Shown piece by piece: positions 28,101-32,807 of a stretch of 32,807 bases of DNA. The notes beneath the pieces are model-generated. The model worked only from the letters and a program-made list of their open reading frames with translations. It had not been told where the DNA came from and searched no databases. Made by a program: the position numbers and the translations under genes. The DNA is taken from positions 1 through 32,807 of the IMG/VR virus record IMGVR_UViG_3300020043_001882; one strand, 5' to 3'. Every line of letters begins with the position of its first letter. Positions within the stretch are counted from its first letter, which is position 1. The DNA comes from a virus. Its lineage: Duplodnaviria; Caudoviricetes.

Positions 28101-29080
28101 GTTCTATCAAGATCGGTGATCGGTGGATGTCTTACAATACTCTTGAACCCCTCTCCAACATCCTTGCTGCTTCGGCAGACCTCGTAATGCTTGCTAAGAG
28201 TGGTCTTAATGAGGATTGGGTAGAAACTCTAGTTGGTCAACTTGGTCTGTCTATTGCAGCATCGTTTACCGAAAAGAGTTACTTTGCTGGCCTTGAGGCG
28301 CTGTCCAACTTCACGAGCACCGCCGAACTTTTTAAAGGCGATACGGTACTTAAAGGCCTTCTTCAGACTGGCAATAACATGATTCCCCTTGCCGGGGCTC
28401 GTCGGGCTTTTGCTAACTCCTTAGACCCCTACATGAGGGAATTTGAGAACGAGTATCAAAAGGCCGCTGCTGCTGCTATTCCTTTTTACAGCCTTTCTTT
28501 TCCTGAAAAGATCAATGTTCTTACAGGTCAACCCCTCAAGGGTCCTAATGGTGGTCCCTGGAACGCACTGGTGCCGTTTGAAACTGGTCCCGATAATAAG
28601 GATCCAGTTGCCAAGATGCTAATGGAAGCTGAGTTTAACTGGGGCGATACCCTTGAGGTAAGTCCTATGGGTTACCGGCTCAGTGGTGAGGAGAAGAGTT
28701 ACATCCGTAACGAAATGTCCCGTAACGGTCTCCGCCAACAGCTAGACGAACTCCGTAAGCTTTCTTGGTTTAAGCAGGACATTGCTAACTGGAAGGCCCG
28801 TAGTATTGGTGACATCGGCACAGATCGTAATCAATGGCCACGGTTTTATACCGAGATCCAAGACATCTGGGAAAGTAGCCGCAATAGGGCTTTCGATAAG
28901 ATGGAAGCTGAAAAGATTGAAACTGGCGAAAAGGTCATTAAGCTTCGTAAGGCTCAAACTAATATCAAGGCAGGTCAATATGACCTTAGTAAGCCCATGA
29001 CTGCCGAGGACTTTAATTCTGCGGATGAAGCGGGCGCTACCGAAGTCTACAATCAATTGATTAAATTTGGCAACCCTTAG
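25118..29080 (+). CDS. gp16: Internal virion protein D (T7 gp16-like)
   Basis: 1320 aa, lies between gp15 and the tail fibre; helical; PFLRTPANI motif. Confidence 0.85.
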   Translation: MAEIVPGRSTGGPIQDFTQTRQREEEAALRKKQKEEEAKRKKLLAQQKAEQERKAKLDSTMVNPVAGLQGVTQLLTGTGERKNKAYVPGLTEAAAFAEEAKKSVVKGVVGVAEGVLNVGTQAVMDLTVNRNKEKDEYLRAAYDFGVTPKTQVGQAASKILGFIVGTRVAGKALGPVGKIGAAPIPKNLKGGAKLAAQTRKLLTDGLIPGAVADFILTDPREGNLSSSIRDLVPEQYQDNVAFALAAKEDDNPWVNRLRSVFEGGPLNAAGNGITALIFGNKAARAVKAAGGSDDEALGVGIKAAADKSEELMQSDLKASEAERVRWTDAQEQEMLSLQSREQNIQERIAGLDPEDEVTIKLNEELEQVRLAQADLENTVFEGADPNVKYEYWESQAAIRTGDINDAVAKQIELEGGYTRPQSETGFVPGKQISHGGGNKVFTDAQLRIMNVSEGAEEVIKKYQKQIDFKQIARKSGRTVDQVVADATRIYTDFMDSLRTYDDIVSEGDLIKKLSEAGGTLTEAKGTFPTPEGNIAVKAIASDLSAQIYDIAYGAEEIDFAQLGGANNFDRLVDRFTGLLEIYKAGAQYMGGGLNVFKIKLGADAPGEAAEALRNFEGEDSLTIRQIRKWASDIKEAFRRGDPDAQDQMRALTRAMVLAGGDPSKTVSFGRTAIEIFGKTQMGVFYNSILSGTKTMIRNLSAAYRLIEAPTSIALMGMRKGDPALVRSAMAGFHAITTSTQEAFTVAARTWKTGIPQSWTPKMVVEQAEMAAMIESMEKMAKNPREEMAVGFIKGHMRVAQMFDFPSKILMSTDDFLKTILVRQRIAEQSMYKAMTESKDPTDVAGKVKVYMDEYAKFIDPQTGRVKDAGLQKYAEIGTFQEDPGVGINSLSMFLENMPFVGPLGKLVVPFLRTPANILRYQVQHTPLIGKYAGEYLAVKQSGDMLRVAEYEGREMIGAMTIAVGAGLAASEMMTGNQPVDPRERARWQTLGIRPRSIKIGDRWMSYNTLEPLSNILAASADLVMLAKSGLNEDWVETLVGQLGLSIAASFTEKSYFAGLEALSNFTSTAELFKGDTVLKGLLQTGNNMIPLAGARRAFANSLDPYMREFENEYQKAAAAAIPFYSLSFPEKINVLTGQPLKGPNGGPWNALVPFETGPDNKDPVAKMLMEAEFNWGDTLEVSPMGYRLSGEEKSYIRNEMSRNGLRQQLDELRKLSWFKQDIANWKARSIGDIGTDRNQWPRFYTEIQDIWESSRNRAFDKMEAEKIETGEKVIKLRKAQTNIKAGQYDLSKPMTAEDFNSADEAGATEVYNQLIKFGNP

Positions 29081-29107
29081 GTCGGATCTCCGGCCCTCCT
29101 AAAATAG

Positions 29108-30211
29108 ATGGCAGTAACCTCAAACACATACACCGCGAATGGCACTAACAAGCTATTCTCCATTACCTTCCCATATCTTGATACGTCTGACATTGATGTT
29201 TCTGTCAATGGTGTTCTTCAGACAATTACAACTCAATACTTCTTTGCCAATGCCACTACTGTTGAATTTGTAACTGCTCCGGCTAATGGGGCGGAGGTTC
29301 TGTTGAATCGTTCTACGGATGATACGGCTCTTCAAGCTACGTTCTTTCCTGGCTCTTCCATCAAGGCCTCTGATCTAAACTATAACTTTGATCAGGTCCT
29401 ATTCCTTTCTCAGGAAACCGCTAATTCGGCTGCTAATCAAAGTACGGCTGGTCTTCAAGCACAGATTACTGCTGCTAATAATACCTCCAATACTGCTCTT
29501 ACAACGGCTAACGCAGCAAATGCTACGGCAAATGGTATTGCTGGAACCGCCAACACAGCCCTTACAAATGCTAATGCTGCTGTGGTTACGGCCAACGCAG
29601 CTAACGCAACTGCTATCGCTGCTGATGCTACGGCAAATGGTATTGCTGCTACGGCTAATGCTGCCCTGCCGCTGGCTGGTGGGACGATGACCGGGGTTAT
29701 TACGTATGCTACGGCTCAGCCCCGGTTGGTTAGGGAAACGGCTGTTGCAACAACTAGCGGCAGCACAGTTGACTTTACAAGTCTTCCTAGCTGGATCAAA
29801 CGCTTTACCATAGTGCTTGACAATGTGAGCGTCACCGGCACAGATAACATTTTGATTCAGCTTGGCGATTCTGGCGGGGTTGAAACTACTGGTTATATCA
29901 GTAGCACTACATACATAACTACTGTTGTCAGCCCTCCTTCTTTCGCTGGTGGAGGATTCTCAAGTACATCTGGAATCATCGTAACCGCTGGTGCCCCGCA
30001 AAACTGGCCAACCGGTTCAATTGTGTTTGACAACATCAGCGGCAACAGATGGATCGCCTCTGGGGTGTTTAACTTTGCAAACTTAACCGGCGCTAGTGGT
30101 TTTGTGGCTGGTGAAAAAACCCTTTCGGCCACGCTGGACAGAATTCGCATTACCGTTACCGGGTCTGACACCTTTGACAACGGATCCGTAAACATCATCT
30201 ACGAAGGTTAA
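29108..30211 (+). CDS. gp17: Tail fibre with T7 gp17-like N-terminal anchor domain
   Basis: FSITFPYL...R..T...ATFFPGSSIKASDLNYNFDQ; Ala/Asn/Thr coiled coil; beta-rich C-terminal domain. Confidence 0.9.
   Translation: MAVTSNTYTANGTNKLFSITFPYLDTSDIDVSVNGVLQTITTQYFFANATTVEFVTAPANGAEVLLNRSTDDTALQATFFPGSSIKASDLNYNFDQVLFLSQETANSAANQSTAGLQAQITAANNTSNTALTTANAANATANGIAGTANTALTNANAAVVTANAANATAIAADATANGIAATANAALPLAGGTMTGVITYATAQPRLVRETAVATTSGSTVDFTSLPSWIKRFTIVLDNVSVTGTDNILIQLGDSGGVETTGYISSTTYITTVVSPPSFAGGGFSSTSGIIVTAGAPQNWPTGSIVFDNISGNRWIASGVFNFANLTGASGFVAGEKTLSATLDRIRITVTGSDTFDNGSVNIIYEG
29520..29648 (+). repeat. 24-nt direct repeat in the fibre shaft
   Basis: ATGCTACGGCAAATGGTATTGCTG at 29520..29543 and 29625..29648, 105 nt (35 aa) apart. 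Confidence 0.85.
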
Positions 30212-30216
30212 CCACT

Positions 30217-30345
30217 GTGGGAAAACCAAAGTCTATTCAAAAGGTACTTCACGTACCCGGCCCACCTAAAAAGACCCGTCAAGGTCAGGGACAACACTCA
30301 TTGCCTAATCACGGGCGTAAACAATCTCGCGGTCAAGGCCGCTAA
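30217..30345 (+). CDS. 42-aa basic peptide (KKTRQG...RGQGR type; not in ORF track)
   Basis: GTG start 5 nt after the fibre stop; MGKPKSIQKVLHVPGPPKKTRQGQGQHSLPNHGRKQSRGQGR*; exactly fills the gap. Confidence 0.75.
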   Translation: MGKPKSIQKVLHVPGPPKKTRQGQGQHSLPNHGRKQSRGQGR

Positions 30346-30349
30346 TCAA

Positions 30350-30550
30350 ATGCTTACTTTTCTTGGTCTTAAAGTTTCCTACGAAACTCTCGCATTTTTG
30401 GCACTCTTCCTCGCTTCTGAAATTGTTGGTAACAGCAAATTTAAAGCAAATAGCATTGTTCAACTCATCCTTAACGCCGTCAACTCCCTAAAGCCGTTCC
30501 GCACGGAAGACGACAAGATCCAAAAGGTTAAAGATTCGATCCTCAAGTGA
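30350..30550 (+). CDS. Putative holin / small membrane protein
   Basis: Hydrophobic N-terminus, amphipathic NSIVQLIL segment, charged tail; directly upstream of the peptidase. Confidence 0.55.
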   Translation: MLTFLGLKVSYETLAFLALFLASEIVGNSKFKANSIVQLILNAVNSLKPFRTEDDKIQKVKDSILK

Positions 30551-30565
30551 TGAAGGGTACGGTGA

Positions 30566-31129
30566 GTGACTAACATTACTTTAAAGGTCCCTCAATATTT
30601 TCCTCAGCTAGACTCTGCTACCAAACATGGTGATCGCATGTGTTGGAGTTCAACATGTGCGATGGCGGTGAAATACCTCAATCCAACTGCTCTGTTGGGC
30701 TCCAATGCCGATGATGATTATCTCCGTACCGTCCTTAAGTACGGAGACACCACTCAGGCCCTATCTCACGTCCGTGCTTGTTCTCATTATGGGGTCAAAG
30801 CATCCTTTTTGAGGAATGGCACCCTAACTATTCTTGAAAAGGAGCTAGAAAAGGGCTATCCGGTGGGCTGCGGCATCCTTCATAAGGGTCCTGCTCACGC
30901 CCCCACAGGAGGAGGTCATTGGATGCTCGTGGTTGGGCTTACGGATACCCACGTTATCTGCCACGACCCCTACGGACAGATGGATAACGCGAATGGTGGG
31001 TACGTCAAACCCGGTGTTGGGGGTAAATATGTCCCATATACCTGGAAAAACTGGTCCAAACGGTGGATGGTTGAGGGTAATGGCTCTGGATGGTACATGA
31101 CCTTTCGGAAGATCACCCAAAAATCATAA
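30566..31129 (+). CDS. Peptidase C39-like cysteine protease (putative endolysin)
   Basis: YFPQLD...MCWSSTCAM (Gln, Cys), GGHWMLVVG (His), HDPYG (Asp). Confidence 0.85.
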   Translation: MTNITLKVPQYFPQLDSATKHGDRMCWSSTCAMAVKYLNPTALLGSNADDDYLRTVLKYGDTTQALSHVRACSHYGVKASFLRNGTLTILEKELEKGYPVGCGILHKGPAHAPTGGGHWMLVVGLTDTHVICHDPYGQMDNANGGYVKPGVGGKYVPYTWKNWSKRWMVEGNGSGWYMTFRKITQKS

Positions 31130-31153
31130 AAATAAACCTTATCTTTCAAATTT

Positions 31154-32263
31154 ATGGCCTTTCCTGTTAGTCCTAACATTGGGGACACGCATACAGAGGA
31201 TGATACCCTCTGGACATATGGCTCTAATGGTTGGTATAGTACCGTCATTGGAGATGCTAACGATACACGATACACTTGTGGCCCCTCTATTGGGTCTCTT
31301 AATGATGTAGACCTGACTCCTCCTCCTAATGATGGAGATGCTCTTGTCTATGATTCTGCTACTGATAGCTGGATTCCTGGTGCTGCTGGAGCAACTCCTG
31401 GTGGTCTTAATACTCAAATTCAGTTTAATGATGGAGGGACGGCGCTTGGTGGTGATGCCGACCTGACTTGGAATAAAACCACCAATGTTATGACGGTTGC
31501 TGGGGATGTTAACCTCAATGATGGCGGCTCGTTTACTACAACCCTTCAAACCGTAACACCTACCCAAAACCGCACCATCAGCTTCCCTGATGCCACTGGC
31601 ACCGTCGGACTAGTTGCAGGCTCTAGTGGGCAACTGGTCTACAACAACGCTGGGGCGTACGCAGGCGTCAGCACGATGACGTTTGACGGCACCAGCGTGA
31701 CGCTGGCAGGCCGTCTGATCAACAGCTACACCAGTGTCGCGTCGTCTCCGGCAAAGGTCTTCACTGGCACCTGGTTCACCGGTGGCACCAGCACCACCAC
31801 CAAGCCGCACTTCCTGATTGAACCAGCAGGGGCTACGTCAACGGCTTGGAGCACCAGCGGCACGGGCTTGGGCATTAATGCGGCGAGTGGGTTTGCGGGG
31901 AACCTGCTGGATCTGCAGGTAAATGGGACTCGCTATTTTAGCGTTAGCAATACTGGTGTTGTTTCCAGTTCTACAGTTTTGGAGTTAAATCCGGCTGGGC
32001 AACTTCAATTTAGTGGCCCCGCTGGAACCTTTATTTTATTTAAGCGTGGATTTGAACTTCAAAGTAGTGGCGATATTAAGTTGCCGACCACTGGCGCCGG
32101 CGTAAGGATTGGAACTGGAACAAACCAATTGCTTGGTTTCTACAACAAGACCCCGGTGGTCCAGCCCACTGCTGTAGCGGACGCCACGGACGCCGCATCC
32201 GTCATCACCCAACTCAACGCGCTGCTTTCCCGTATGCGCGACCTTGGTCTCATTGCTACCTAA
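31154..32263 (+). CDS. Mosaic fibre-like structural protein
   Basis: FPxSPxxGD...W module, LNDVD...GDALVYD...W, PGGxNTQIQFN, RTISFPDATGTV, C-terminal LNALLSRMRDLGLIA; Gly/Thr/Ser-rich. Confidence 0.75.
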   Translation: MAFPVSPNIGDTHTEDDTLWTYGSNGWYSTVIGDANDTRYTCGPSIGSLNDVDLTPPPNDGDALVYDSATDSWIPGAAGATPGGLNTQIQFNDGGTALGGDADLTWNKTTNVMTVAGDVNLNDGGSFTTTLQTVTPTQNRTISFPDATGTVGLVAGSSGQLVYNNAGAYAGVSTMTFDGTSVTLAGRLINSYTSVASSPAKVFTGTWFTGGTSTTTKPHFLIEPAGATSTAWSTSGTGLGINAASGFAGNLLDLQVNGTRYFSVSNTGVVSSSTVLELNPAGQLQFSGPAGTFILFKRGFELQSSGDIKLPTTGAGVRIGTGTNQLLGFYNKTPVVQPTAVADATDAASVITQLNALLSRMRDLGLIAT

Positions 32264-32268
32264 CCATC

Positions 32269-32505
32269 ATGGATTTCACTATCACAATCGACGACACGCT
32301 CGTCCCCGGCATCATCGCTACCGCCAATCTTGAGGGCAAAGACCCTGAGGACGTGGTTGCTGAGTACGCCGAATCCGTTTCCCGTAAAGCGTGCCAAGAC
32401 CTCAAGGTCGGCCCGTACTACACCGGCCCCATCCCGCCCCAGTTCAACGCTGACGGGACGCCCTACGCTGCTCCTACCGAGCCCGAGCTGGAGCCAGAGC
32501 AATGA
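32269..32505 (+). CDS. Hypothetical acidic protein (fibre-associated)
   Basis: ATG 5 nt after the fibre stop; ATGA overlap with the next ORF. Confidence 0.7.
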   Translation: MDFTITIDDTLVPGIIATANLEGKDPEDVVAEYAESVSRKACQDLKVGPYYTGPIPPQFNADGTPYAAPTEPELEPEQ

Positions 32506-32660
32506 CCGACACCGACAAGGCAAAAGCCCTTGAGATCCTGACCTCCGCCGAGGCTGTGACTGGCATGGACCTTTCCACCGTGCGTTGGGCGGTGGCCCGG
32601 CAGGGTGACACCGAGGCCGCCCCACAAGACAACGACACTACGGTGGAGGAGGAAGTATGA
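32502..32660 (+). CDS. 52-aa hypothetical acidic protein (not in ORF track)
   Basis: MTDTDKAKALEILTS...TTVEEEV*; ATGA overlaps at both ends. Confidence 0.65.
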   Translation: MTDTDKAKALEILTSAEAVTGMDLSTVRWAVARQGDTEAAPQDNDTTVEEEV

Positions 32661-32807
32661 CGCTTAATGTTCAGCCAGGGTTCCTATGGAACGAAACCGT
32701 CTGGAACCCCAGCATGATTGGCGCTAGGGCTTGGTACGACGCATCTGACACAACAACCGTTGCAGTTACTAGCGGACTGGTTGATAGCGTTACAGATAAA
32801 AGCGGAA
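32657..32807 (+). CDS. 5' part of a probable LamG/ConA-like structural protein, truncated by the window end
   Basis: MTLNVQPG...WNPSMIGARAWYDASDTTTV...DKSG, a typical N-terminus of phage lectin-like tail domains; GGAGG upstream. Confidence 0.65.
   Translation, partial: MTLNVQPGFLWNETVWNPSMIGARAWYDASDTTTVAVTSGLVDSVTDKSG

Larger units (their letters stand above)
1..32807 (+). mobile_element. T7-like cyanopodovirus (Autographiviridae) genome segment
   Basis: T7 core gene order RNAP-SSB-endo-primase/helicase-pol-exo-portal-scaffold-capsid-tail tubes-internal proteins-fibre, all on +. The short 778-aa RNAP ending YFFC and the compact RNR pair are typical of cyanopodoviruses. Confidence 0.95.

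Noticed and set aside
1-32807. CRISPR array, tRNA, intron/intein, integrase, DGR reverse transcriptase
   Set aside because: No spaced repeats, cloverleaf, splice motifs, or recombinase or RT motifs seen. Core enzymes are uninterrupted and of normal length.

Overview
This window is most of the genome of a T7-like cyanopodovirus (Autographiviridae, P60/Syn5/S-CBP-like organisation; a Synechococcus/Cyanobium-type host is inferred). All credible genes are on the + strand. The order is: small early ORFs; single-subunit RNA polymerase; replication module (SSB, endonuclease I, primase-helicase, family A DNA polymerase, exonuclease); nucleotide module (DUF3310/gp1.7-like, MazG-like pyrophosphohydrolase, compact class I ribonucleotide reductase alpha and beta); then portal, scaffold, RlpA-like protein, major capsid, tail tube A/B, internal virion proteins, tail fibres, and a putative holin with a C39-like peptidase. 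No integrase, psbA, hli, talC or terminase is visible. I found no clearly new multi-gene system. The best leads are: (i) an exact 121-nt inverted copy of the RNAP motif A region at the window start, probably an assembly artefact; (ii) structured intergenic leaders with repeated cUGCGg-capped hairpins before the capsid gene and gp16; (iii) an RNR beta lacking the canonical radical Tyr; (iv) domain insertions in tail tube B; (v) several short ORFs missed by the ORF track and some dual-coded overlaps. All calls come from motif reading and synteny; no database searches were run.
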